A stretch of DNA of 64,000 bases from Callorhinchus milii (Eukaryota): the NCBI RefSeq assembly GCF_018977255.1, contig NW_024704760.1:3224001-3288000 (forward strand). Reading direction: 5' to 3'. Shown here piece by piece: positions 37,170 through 48,206 of the stretch (its first letter is position 1; each line of letters opens with the position of its first letter). The notes under the pieces are model-generated. The model saw only the letters and a list, made by a program, of their open reading frames with translations. It made no database searches and was not told the origin of the DNA. Position numbers and translations under genes: made by a program.

Positions 37170-40100
37170 CACAACGCAAGTTTGAGTCTACAGTTTTTTT
37201 GTTGTTGTTTCAAATAACTATGAGAGTAAATCTGAAGAATTTACCCGACGAGAAGAGGGTGTATTGTGTGAGGGACGATTGTACGTAGGATGTGAAATCA
37301 AGGATTCTCTGGTCACGTCTACAACTGGAAGGAAGTTAGTTGGTAACCAAGCAAGGATTGCGATGTCGTGTCAGCTTTCAGACGAAACCACACAACTTTC
37401 GAAATGCAGTTGAAGGAATTAAACCCTTTCACAATGGTATTGGTTAAATGTTGATCTAGAAATTAGCTAACTAGTCTACTGTGTGTTACAGGACAGTAAA
37501 GCATTAGATCCGGCATGTTATCATTAACCACATTTCTTATCTCAATTTTGTGGATAAGTCTCTTAAACCCTTGTCTGAGACGACAGACTTGAAGTAAGAC
37601 TTTGTTGCCTTGTCTCAGACAAGAGAATGGGGTTTCTCAATCTTTAATGACTGGCGTGTTCTGATGAAACTCTACAGGTAATTCAGTTTGCCTGAAGCAG
37701 TGTTGTCCAACCGTTTCATTTCATGAAAGTTAGCATTATTTTGCTTCTGCGGACCAAACCGATTCCGGGCAAAAGACTATTAATATTCATCTGCGTGCCC
37801 GAGGCAACAACACGATTATTGGGTTTCAGAAAGAGGCTTCTTTAGTGCAAATAGTTCTTATGAGTGTGAAATTACACCCCACGACTTGTAAGTGAATTGA
37901 ATTAAAATTTAGGCCAGAAAACTGGTTGTAACACACTCATTGGGATAGCATGGTCGAGGGGTTACATTCCTCAAAATAAAATCTTTCTTCAAATGCGTTC
38001 TAAGGAAAAACTAATATTTTCTTCTGTCTTGCTGGATAGAACCAATTTCTGAGGATTTTGAGCTTGCGTGCAGCTTGTACTTTCACACGCTATGTGCCTT
38101 TCTTCATTTACTGCGCCTGTGTGTATATATTTTAGGCTGCAATTCGATCTCTCTCTGTGTGCCCTGTTCAGCAGTAAAGATATTGCCTACAAAAATACAC
38201 ACTCATTACACTTTACAGTAGATCCTGTGAAGCATTCGAGGTGTCTTTCCGATGGGAAAAGTGCCATATTAAATACAAGATTTATTAATATATCTTAAAA
38301 ATGATTTTTCAGCGATTTTATTTGCGTGTTCATGTATTTTGTTTTGCTGTGTTCTCTTGTGCTTTGAACGTGTGTTTTGGCTTGTTTGTACTTCATTATT
38401 ATTAGTGTGCCTAATAATCCCTTTGAAATTGCTTTTACAAAAACAATTAGTTAATGCTTTGATACGTGATATATGCCAAGTATTAAAAACAATTACCAAT
38501 TCATAACTTGGTACAATTTTTTATAAGAATCAATTATTGACTTTTGATTTGTGTTCACGACCAGTAAATTTAGATGGTTACCGGGCAATGTTCTCTAACA
38601 GAATTCCTTAATAAGGATTCCAGTAACTAAAAGCTTGCCTCAATTGCAGGAATTTGGCTCAATTAACAGACGTTAGAAGTAAATCGAAAGTCAAATTGGA
38701 TACTTTTTGAATAAATCTGACTGCTGTTTGCATTGAGTGTGGTTCAAGAAGTATAGGCTATTCTATATTGTGAAATATATTACATTTGTATATATTCTAT
38801 AGTGATTATTTATTTATGAAATAAATAATGACTGTTTGCAGGATACTGCTCTGCGTAATTGGCTGCCGCGTTTCACCCACAAAATACAGTCAATCCACTT
38901 CATGACATACCCTGTGAAGTGCTTTGAGGCGCCTCAAAGATGTTAAAAGGTGCCATATCAAATGCAAGGATTATTATTCATAAATAGATACATAACCTGC
39001 TGCACTGTGACATGTTTACGATATAAGTAATGACTTAGCAGTGTGATACCATTATCCCATGGGTTCAGCATAACCCTTTATCCCACTTCTCAATGTCTGG
39101 CTGTTAAAGATCCCATGACATGATTCAAAAAGAGAAGCAAGTTCCTTGTGGTCTCCTGGGTTTATAGGAACTTGCTCTGCGCAAATTGGCTGTTGCATTC
39201 ACCTACAAAGACACAGTGCCCACATTTCACAGTATATCCTTTGAAGGGCTTTGAGATGTACTCCTCACGTGCAAGTTCTTACATCAAATGCAAGGATTAT
39301 TATTACTGTTATAAAAGCATAGCCTTTGGTACCAGAATAGCCCATAGTTGAAAGCTAAACACCAAGTTCAGCACTTTCATGGACTAACAAACATTTACAC
39401 TGACTCAATACAAACTACAAGGAGGGTATATAGACATAGTGTCTGTTAATAGGTTACATATAAGCTCCAAATGTTTACTGCTGGTAAAATGGTATATTTC
39501 CACATTTCAGCAATTGCAAACTGTCCCACAGTTCAGTTTTGTTTCAATAAATAGAGTTTTTAATGTGTTGGAGCTTTAGAAATAAATGATTTACAAATCA
39601 CTGACCAAGTATGAAGGAACAGGAACATTGAGTAGTCCCAAGGTACAAGGATTGATTGATTGATATCTTAAACCGAGGTCCCATCTGCCTGTCCAGGTGG
39701 ATGTTAAAGATCCCATGTCACTACTTGAAAAGAAGGGAGTTTGTCCTATATCTTTGTCAACAATCTCCCAAATAAATGTGATCATTCACTTCATGGCTGT
39801 TTGTGGGACATTGCTGTGTGCAAGTTGGCTGCCATGTTTGCCTACAAATCCATAGTCACCAACGTTTTCAATGAATCCTGTGAAGCACTATGATATTTTG
39901 ATGACAAGGTGCTACATCAAATGCAAGGATTATTGTTATCTTATTATCACTATTAATATCATTTCTGTATCCCTCAATTCTTCGATGGATCAGGAAATGC
40001 AAGCTCCTCTCATTTCAGAGGCTAGCAACCAGCAGTAAATATGACATCCAACTGATCAAAAGAAGTACGAGAAAAACTTATTAGCTGATGTTTTGGCCTA

Positions 40101-40421
40101 CACCGAAAGATATATTTAGCGCAAACTTCAATCTGCATCCATTGCTTACTCAGTAAAACGGGCAAGTGTTTGTTGATGGGTAATGTCTACAACATTGAAG
40201 AGGGTTTACCAGAATCAGTATTTGATCAATTTTATCTCAAAGTGACATTTAAAGAACTTGTTTATTTATTAACTAAAAACATTCCCAATTACCAAACCAC
40301 ATATATTGTGAGTAACGGGAGGTGGGGTGGTGGTGGGGGGGGAAGCTTGAGAGAAATCATTTATTCGTATTACCTGATACACTCTTCATTGGAGGACATT
40401 TGCAAGTCTTCGGATTCCAAC

Positions 40422-43400
40422 ATGAGTTTTATCTTCAAATATGGAACTACCTTATTCCTCCTCCTTGGGTACTTGCAAGCAAATTCCTGTAAGTAATCAT
40501 CCTTGGCAGAGGTGAAGCTTTTTACTGGTTTCAGGGAAAAGGCGAAGGGAATGGGGTGATGATAGATGATTTTGGCTTGAGAGGTAGCAATATGTATCAA
40601 CAATAACAACTTGCATTTACATAGCCCCTGTTCGCAGGATAGCCTTCCGAAGGGCTGAATGGCCTCCTTCTTGTGCTGTGAATGCTAACGAGACACAACA
40701 ACGAAATTACATTTGTGCAGTGCCTTTCACGTCGGGAGGACATCGCAAGGCGTTGGACAGTCTGTGTTTAGGACCCGAGCTGAGGTTCAGGATCGAGGAA
40801 GGTGGAGGGCAGGAGGGGGAAGGAGGGTGATCACCTCTTTGAGACATCTCGAAGTGATAAGGCACTATATCAAATTCAAGGATTATTATTATTTTATTAT
40901 TATTACTGTGCGCAAATTGGCTGCTGTGTTTGTCTGCAAAAACACCCAGTCACACACTACCCTTGCTTTATTCGGATCTTCAAGGCACTATATCAAATGG
41001 AAGAATTTCAGTGCCTTGGGACGTCCTCCTGACGTGAAAGGCACTATATAAATGCAATTTGTAGTTATTATGAGGTGCTATCTCCAATGCTAGTATTATT
41101 AGTTGTAAAAGTAAGGAACCCGGTTGTTAGTCAATTGGNNNNNNNNNNNNNNNNNNNNNNNNNNNNNNNNNNNNNNNNNNNNNNNNNNNNNNNNNNNNNN
41201 NNNNNNNNNNNNNNNNNNNNNNNNNNNNNNNNNNNNNNNNNNNNNNNNNNNNNNNNNNNNNNNNNNNNNNNNNNNNNNNNNNNNNNNNNNNNNNNNNNNN
41301 NNNGTGTTTGTGGGACACTGCTGTGCGCAATTGGCTGCCGCCTTTCTCCCACAAAATATACAGTCAATTTACTTCACACTATATTCTGTGAAGCACTTTG
41401 ACACATCTAGAAGATATGATAAGGTACTATATCAAATGCAAAGATTATTAATACTATAGATATATTGTATGTAAATTTGAGATAACTTAAGTTATCTTGA
41501 GATAACTCTCTCTCTGTGATGTACATTATTCTTACATCGTTTTTTAGTGTTTTTGCAGAAACCATCTGCCAACATGTTTCTCAATCGGATTCGGCGAGCC
41601 AGTGGTTTTGGGGAAGAGCTGACGAGAAGCGACAACCTGGAAAGAGAGTGCATAGAAGAATTGTGTGACAAAGAGGAAGCCTATGAAATATTTGAAAATG
41701 GGGAAAAAACTGTAAGAATTGTATTTAAAAGCTTTAGCCAATCTTTTGAGCCATGAAAGAACTTATACTATATATATTGATTTTCTAAAAACATTCAGAA
41801 TGCAATTTACCGTGTGGGTTTGTAATAAAAGTAAATTTAGAAAAATCATATTAATGGGAGGTCGTCTCAAAGCACTTCATAGGATATACTGTAAGGTGCA
41901 GTGACTGTTTTATAGATGAATGTGGTTATTGGGAAAACATTTATATCTTTTTATATATTTTTTAATATTTGTTTTCTGGGGTTAATAATCTCTTCAAAAT
42001 AATAATGATAATAATGTTTTCACTCAATCCACGACTGTGTGGGACGCTGCTGTACTTGATTGGCTGCTGCGTTTCGCCCACAAAATATACAGTCAATCCA
42101 CTTTACAGTATATTCTGTGAATCGCTCTGAGGGCGTCTCAAAGACATGATAAGGCGCTGTATCATATTCAAGGATTATTATTATTATTATATACAGCTTT
42201 ATGCTGTGCAGATAAATAGCAAGGATCTTTATTTCAATGATTTCTCCCATGAATGAGCACTAACTCTGGGAAGGCAGGAAGCAGTGACCAATTTCATGAA
42301 GTGTCACATGATTACAAGAATGGTTTGGATGAAAAAGGCCCTTCGGCCCATTCAATCTCACCCTTCCAGAGTACGCACACTACTGCCTTTGCATCACAGC
42401 ATCAAGCTGTTTTTAAACGAGTCCTCAACCACCCTTCCTGGCAACCTGACCTAAGAGTTGGTTACCTTATGGGTTAGGAAATACATCCTGGTGTCTGTCT
42501 TGAAATTGCCCTTTGCAGTTCTAACCCAAAGTCTTCTTACTACTGCCTTGCCTTGGTGTCTCTCAAGTTATTGTTCTGGATTTATTTCTTCAATCACATT
42601 TAACATTTTATACTCCTCAATAAGGATTAAAAACACCAAATACGAATCTTTTTTTTTAAACTTCTCAAGATTAGTAAATGCTAATAAGGGGACTTGATTA
42701 TATTTGACATGTTTGAACCTACATTTCTGGCTAGGATCTCCTGATATTAAAGATCCTTAAACTTTCTTTTGTTTCCTTCCAGAACGAGTTCTGGAAGACC
42801 TATGAAGGTATGTTTATTTTCATGTTCTAGTATGTTACGTAAAATTTGAAATCGGATATTATCGATATAAAAATTAGCCATGTTGCGCCTGCAATAATCC
42901 TATTCCGAAATAATTGTAAAACACGGTATCAGGTAAGAACTGGTTAAGCGAAAGTCCCAAGTAACAGATTTGCAAGGATCGAAAATAGAGATTTTGATGG
43001 GAAACCCAATCATTAACCTTCCAGTGAAAGAACTAAACTTTTTCCTCTGGGGTTTATCCTGTTATGAATAAGCCTGTTCAATTAGACAACAACAACTTGC
43101 ATTTATAGAGCGCCCTTCACCTGGAATCGTGTCTCTGAGCATGGATGTGAAAGATCCCAGAACAGTACTCGACAAATAAAAGGAGTTTCTCCCATTGTCT
43201 TGGCCATCGGCACCTCCCCACACCCATAAAATTGGTCATTTACTTAACAGATATATGTGGGATATTGCTGTATGCAAATTGGCTGCCATATTCCCTACAA
43301 AAATGTAGCTTATGCACTTTACAGTGATACATTTCGAGACCCTCCTGACATGAAAGACACTCTTATTAAATGCAAGGATTATTTTTATTACTAAGCTCAC

Positions 43401-44226
43401 GAACAGGGGTGCAAGTGTTATGGTGAAATTATGTGCGAAGATTACAGGGAACTTACGGCACGGAAACAGGACACTCGGTCGTGCTGGTGTTTATATTCCA
43501 CAGGGATCAAGTGAAGTCTTTTATGGCATGAATAATATTTTGAAGATATGAATTATATCTTCATGTTAAATGATTATCTGCAGCAAAGTCCTTCCTCAGT
43601 ACCTGCATTAATATGAATTAATATGAATGTCTTTATACAGGGAGGCGATTTCACCCACCTGCCCCCTTCAGTCTCCCACCTCCAAGTAAGTTTTCATTAT
43701 GATTTACTAATCAATTGCATTGCATTTCGGATACAACAAATTATTAATTTTTTAAAAAATATATTTATAATTGTGATAATTTAGCTACCAAATTAAGACT
43801 GAAGTAAAAGATTTTCCACAATTCTGCACAATATAACATTTTAAGACAAAGTGGTCTTACCTGCTATAACGAGCTGGAGTTTCCAGCTGCATTAATAGAT
43901 AATAATAATAATAATAACCATCGCGTTTGATATAGTGCCTTATCACGTCTCTAAGACGTCTCAAAGATAGTTCTTTTCTCTTCCTTTTTTTTGCCACAGC
44001 ATTGGCCCCGATCGACAAACGAACACAGGAAAGGTCGATTCAGGATATGATTAGTATGGGAAGGCAAATCATTGAAAAGAAAAAGGAAATGATTCAACTT
44101 AAACAGAGGATAATTGAACTGAAAGAGAGCTCCACTGAGCTGAAAAACAACTTGCTCCATGAAATACGAGAAAATATCTTGCAAAATACTTGCTGCCTCT
44201 CAACTATTTACCAGCTGCTGAATTAA
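40422..44226 (+). CDS. Secreted vitamin K-dependent Gla-domain / coiled-coil protein, 5 exons, 175 aa (no recognised ortholog)
   Basis: Exons 40422-40488, 41548-41711, 42783-42807, 43641-43685, 44000-44226; all GT-AG, phases 1,0,1,1, 528 nt open. [22 protein letters not shown] / [17 protein letters not shown] / [46 protein letters not shown] / [15 protein letters not shown] / [81 protein letters not shown] at 44507-44512. Confidence 0.8.
41548..41711 (+). CDS. Propeptide + Gla domain exon of the novel gene
   Basis: F-16, A-10 and L-6 carboxylase-recognition residues, RIRR furin site, [14 protein letters not shown] motif; acceptor ttttag and donor gtaaga. Confidence 0.92.
42783..42807 (+). 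CDS. 25-nt aromatic-stack exon (NEFWKTYE) of the novel Gla gene
   Basis: Long pyrimidine tract + cag acceptor, gtatgt donor; same size and phases (0 to 1) as the FWxxY exon of factor VII/IX/X-family genes. Confidence 0.88.
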
Positions 44227-45569
44227 AATGGAAATCATTCATGGATGTTCTGATTTTTCAACATGGTAGCAAATGCTCTTTTAAATTTTTTTTCCCCCCA
44301 GATCCAATCAATTTCTCTTCCCAGTAGTCCTTTCGCCTCCTGAGTCAGAAGGTTATGGGTTCGAGGCTCTTAAATTGTGACTTTGAGCTCACAGTCTAAA
44401 CTGTCAAACCAAAGTCCTGTCTACTTGTTCAGGCAGACGTTAAAAGATCCCATGGCATGACTCGAAAACTGGTAGAAAACCTTTTGCGCGAAAGAAAAGT
44501 TGCAAAAATAAATCACACGTTTTCATTCACACATATTTGTAATTCTTTCAAAGTGCTGTGGGAAATGCCACAGAAGTTATCAATATTAACGTATCAAGAT
44601 TCTGTGAAACAAGCTCTCACAAAATCTCTCTTTCTCTGCCAACTCCTTCAACGGGTCACCAAGATTATCCACTGAATACTCAGTATACCGACGGTGTAAT
44701 GAATAGAGTTCCAGTTATGAGCCAGTGGCTCACTTGTTCGAATCCTCGCTTTTTGCTGAGTTTGCTGGGCTCAGTTGGGGCTTCAATAGATCAGATTGGC
44801 TCATTGCATTGCTGTGCGCTACTTGGCTGCCGCGCTTGCCTACAAAATACAGTCACTGCATCGTAAGTATATCCTGTGAAGCACTTTGAGACATTCTCCC
44901 AAGCAGCTATGGATTATTAGTACAATACAGTAATAGTAGTCATCAGTGAAGTGTCCTCCACCAGAGGGTGCTCCCTGTAAGGCAAGTGAGCACGAGTCTA
45001 ATAAGATCAATTCTTGCATTTGGTGTAGCATTTTACATTAATCCTTGGTTTCCATATCGTGCATATCGTGAAGTCAAACACTTGTGTAGTTGTGACTGTG
45101 TTTGCAGGCTAGGTGTGCACACAGCAGAGATCCCAAAGTTAAATAATAATCCTTGCAATTTGATATAGCGCCTTATCATGTCGTCGTGACGTCTCAAAGC
45201 GCTTCACAGAATATACCGTAAAGTGAATTGACTGTATATTTTGTGAGCAACACAGCAGCCAATTGAGCATAGATATGTTGTGTATTATTTCATATATATT
45301 ATAAAAACATATGAAATATATATTCATACTTCAAAGGCCTTGCTTTTGATCTGCCCACCCACCTACCTGCGCAATTCACTGCCGTGTTTCGCTCACAAAG
45401 AACACAATCAATTCACTTTGCAGTATATCCTGTGGAGTGTATTCTAACGCCTCAACGTGATTATGATAAGGCGCTATATCAAATGCTAGGATTATTATTG
45501 TCCGGCTGCCTGTCTGTCTGCCTGGAGAGAGGGAGAGGAAAATAATACTCTTGTGTTTCCCATTGCCCT

Positions 45570-46770
45570 GGGAGAGGGAGGGTGGTGGGGAGAGGAGTGG
45601 GAAGTGGAGATTGGGGAGGGTGGGGGAGTGCGTGGGGAGGGAAGGGTGAGGGTGGGGAGTGGGTGAGAAGGGGAGGGTGGGGGAGTGGGTGTGGAGGGTG
45701 AGGGTGTGGAGGGTGAGGGGGGGAGTGGGTGTGGAGGGTGAGGGGGGGAGTGGGTGTGGAGGGTGAGTGGGTGTGGAGGGTGAGGGGGGGAGTGGGTGTG
45801 GAGGGTGAGTGGGTGTGGAGAGTGAGGGAGTGGGTGTGGAGGGTGAGGGTGGGGGAGTGGGTGTGGAGGGTGAGGAGGGGTGTGGAGGGTGAGGGAGTGG
45901 GTGTGGAGGGTGAGGGGGGGAGTGGGTGTGGAGGGTGAGGGGGGAGTGGGTGTGGAGGGTGAGGGGGGGAGTGGGTGTGGAGGGTGAGGGGGGGAGTGGG
46001 TGTGGAGGGTGAGGAGGGGTGTGGAGGGTGAGGGAGTGGGTGTGGAGGGTGAGGGGGGGGGAGTGGGTGTGGAGGGTGAGGAGGGGTGTGGAGGGAGTGG
46101 GTGTGGAGGGTGAGGGGGGGAGTGGGTGTGGAGGGTGGGGGAGTGGGTGTGGAGGGTGAGGAGGGGTGTGGAGGGTGAGGGAGTGGGTGTGGAGGGTGAG
46201 GGGGGGAGTGGGTGTGGAGGGTGAGGGGGGGAGTGGGTGTGGAGGGTGAGGGGGGGGAGTGGGAGGAAGGGGAGTGGGTGTGGAGGGTGAGGGAGTGGGT
46301 GTGGAGGGTGAGGGGGGGAGTGGGTGGAAGGGGGAGTGGGTGTGGAGGGTGAGGGGGGAGTGGGTGTGGAGGGTGAGGGGGGAGTGGGTGTGGAGGGTGA
46401 GGGGGGGAGTGGGAGGAAGGGGGAGTGGGTGTGGAGGGTGAGGGAGTGGGTGTGGAGGGTGAGGGGGGGAGTGGGTGGAAGGGGGAGTGGGTGTGGAGGG
46501 TGAGGGGGGAGTGGGTGGAAGGGGGAGTGGGTGTGGAGGGTGAGGGGGGGAGTGGGTGTGGAGGGTGAGGGGGGGAGTGGGTGTGGAGGGTGAGGGGGGG
46601 AGTGGGTGTGGAGGGTGAGGGGGGGGAGTGGGTGTGGAGGGTGAGGGGGGGAGTGGGTGTGGAGGGTGAGGGAGTGGGTGTGGAGGGTGAGGGGGGGAGT
46701 GGGTGTGGAGGGTGAGGGGGGAGTGGGTGTGGAGGGTGAGGGTGGGAGGGGGGGAGGGGTGTGGGGAGAC
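45570..46770 (+). repeat. G-rich minisatellite, unit about GAGTGGGTGTGGAGGGTGAGGGGG(G)
   Basis: Tandem units of about 20-27 nt over about 1.2 kb, almost no C on the + strand. It generates the spurious Pro/His/Thr ORFs on the - strand. Confidence 0.95.
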
Positions 46771-46789
46771 ATGTTGCTGTGGGCTCTCT

Positions 46790-47100
46790 CCTTCCCACAA
46801 TGCCGAGCGGCGGAAAGCCAAGATGGCGGCGGCCGCGGTGTCAGTGCTCTGAGCGGATCCCCTGAGGCCGCGGGACAGTCGAGTCGGTCGCTTCTCCCTC
46901 GCGGAGGCCGCGGCCCTGACAAATAAACGGCTCCCCCCCACCCCCCCCAAAGCTCCGGACATTTTGCGCCCCGTTCGGGGAGGGGGGGAGGAGGAGGTCA
47001 GTGAGGAACCGCGGAGGGTCGCGCATGCGCACGTCGCTTCCGGCGGCGGAGGGGCGGGGCTTTGGGCGGTGACGTCACCGGGACCCTCCCCCCCCCCCAT
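46790..47100 (+). promoter_or_regulatory. CpG-island housekeeping promoter, probably of C1orf74
   Basis: YY1-type AAGATGGCGGC 46820-46830, NRF1 GCGCATGCGC 47021-47030, ETS GCTTCCGG 47036-47043, GC box GGGGCGGGGC 47051-47060, CRE TGACGTCA 47070-47077; high CpG density. Confidence 0.75.
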
Positions 47101-47176
47101 CACTCAGTGGCCAAAAGGTACAATAATGGTATTTTTTGGGGTCAATTTGGGAAACCCATCACCATGTTTTAAGGGT

Positions 47177-47314
47177 ATAATGATGGTGATGATGATGGTG
47201 GTGGTGGTGATGATGACAGTGATGACGAGGATGATGACGGTGATGTTGATGATGGCGATGGTGATGATGAACATGATGGTGATCGTCATCGTCATCATCA
47301 TCACCATCACCATC
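47177..47314. repeat. Degenerate (GAT/GGT)n repeat switching to (CAT/CAC)n
   Basis: atgatggtgatgatg...gatcgtcatcgtcatcatcatcaccatcacc. Confidence 0.85.
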
Positions 47315-47393
47315 CTGGCCTTTGATACCGCGCCTCGTCGCCTTTTGCTGTTAACCTATTGTTTCTGTTCCAGTCTGACGAGTTGCGGCCGCA

Positions 47394-48206
47394 ATGGAGG
47401 CCTCGCGGAAGGAGCAATTGATGTCCGCCGCACGGAAAACGCTGAGGATAAAGAACAGGAAGGGTCTGTCCGCACCGTGCTGTCTGAGCCTCGGTGCCGA
47501 GATCCTAGCAGTAGATGCCGGGTTAAAGCCAGCCTTCCTGTTTGATTACAGTCGAGCAGGAGCCGAGCAGCTCCAGGATTATATTCAGGAGATACAAAAG
47601 ACTGGGCTGATCTACCAGCGTTTACACATCCTCAGCCTCGGGGATAATGTTCTGATACTAAACTTGAGCAAAACTATCAGACACTTAGAGAAGTCGCTCC
47701 AGGGAAACTGGGTTCCACTCATTGACGTATCTGCCTGTAGAGGGGTGCCAACACTGGCTGATACAAGTGTCATCGAACAAGTGAAAACTCAGATTGAGTT
47801 TATTTTAGCCCATTTGAAATCTCTGGCAGTCGACAGAGGGACGTGCGATTCAAAGTCCGTCACTACCAGCGAAATGTTCTCATCGGAGTGGAACCTGTGT
47901 ACGGTGTTTGGATTTCTCCTTGGCTTCCCAGCTTCATACTGGTTTGACTTCGCTGAGAGTTTTGAGAACTGTCTGAGTATGATTGAACTGCGAGTGTTCT
48001 CTGTTTCTGCCGTTTGTTCTAGAATCAGCAAAGATCTCAAACACCGAATGTATTCCTTCAGCGTCCCAGAAACTATCTACTTGGATCTGCAGCACTGCGT
48101 GGAGACTTGGAAGAAAGATCTACAGTTCAACTTTAACAAGCAATCGGTTTTCTCAGAGCTCAGTATTTCCACAGAGATAGTCTCTCTACCCGCAGTTGCA
48201 CTATAA
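47394..48206 (+). CDS. C1orf74: UPF0739 protein C1orf74 homolog, single coding exon, 270 aa
   Basis: Intact ORF with ILAVDAGLKPAFLFDY, WNLCTVFGFLLGFPASYW, NCLSM, YSFSVPE and C-terminal VSLPAVAL; acceptor ttccag about 20 nt upstream; syntenic position between IRF6 and TRAF3IP3. Confidence 0.9.
   Translation: MEASRKEQLMSAARKTLRIKNRKGLSAPCCLSLGAEILAVDAGLKPAFLFDYSRAGAEQLQDYIQEIQKTGLIYQRLHILSLGDNVLILNLSKTIRHLEKSLQGNWVPLIDVSACRGVPTLADTSVIEQVKTQIEFILAHLKSLAVDRGTCDSKSVTTSEMFSSEWNLCTVFGFLLGFPASYWFDFAESFENCLSMIELRVFSVSAVCSRISKDLKHRMYSFSVPETIYLDLQHCVETWKKDLQFNFNKQSVFSELSISTEIVSLPAVAL

Noticed and set aside
40422-44226. Calling the Gla gene PROS1, GAS6, F7, F9, F10 or a PRRG
   Set aside because: I found no EGF, LamG, protease or TM/PPxY exons before the C1orf74 promoter. 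The N gap at 41139-41303 lies inside a SINE upstream of the Gla exon, so it cannot hide downstream domains.
45376-47103. Long Pro/His/Thr-rich ORFs (575, 475 and 439 aa) on the minus strand
   Set aside because: All three frames are open because the C-rich minisatellite strand lacks stop codons; no domain signal.
46964-47545. 193-aa Met/Val/Ile-rich ORF resembling a membrane protein
   Set aside because: The hydrophobic run is a translated (GAT/GGT)n repeat and the ORF overlaps C1orf74 out of frame.
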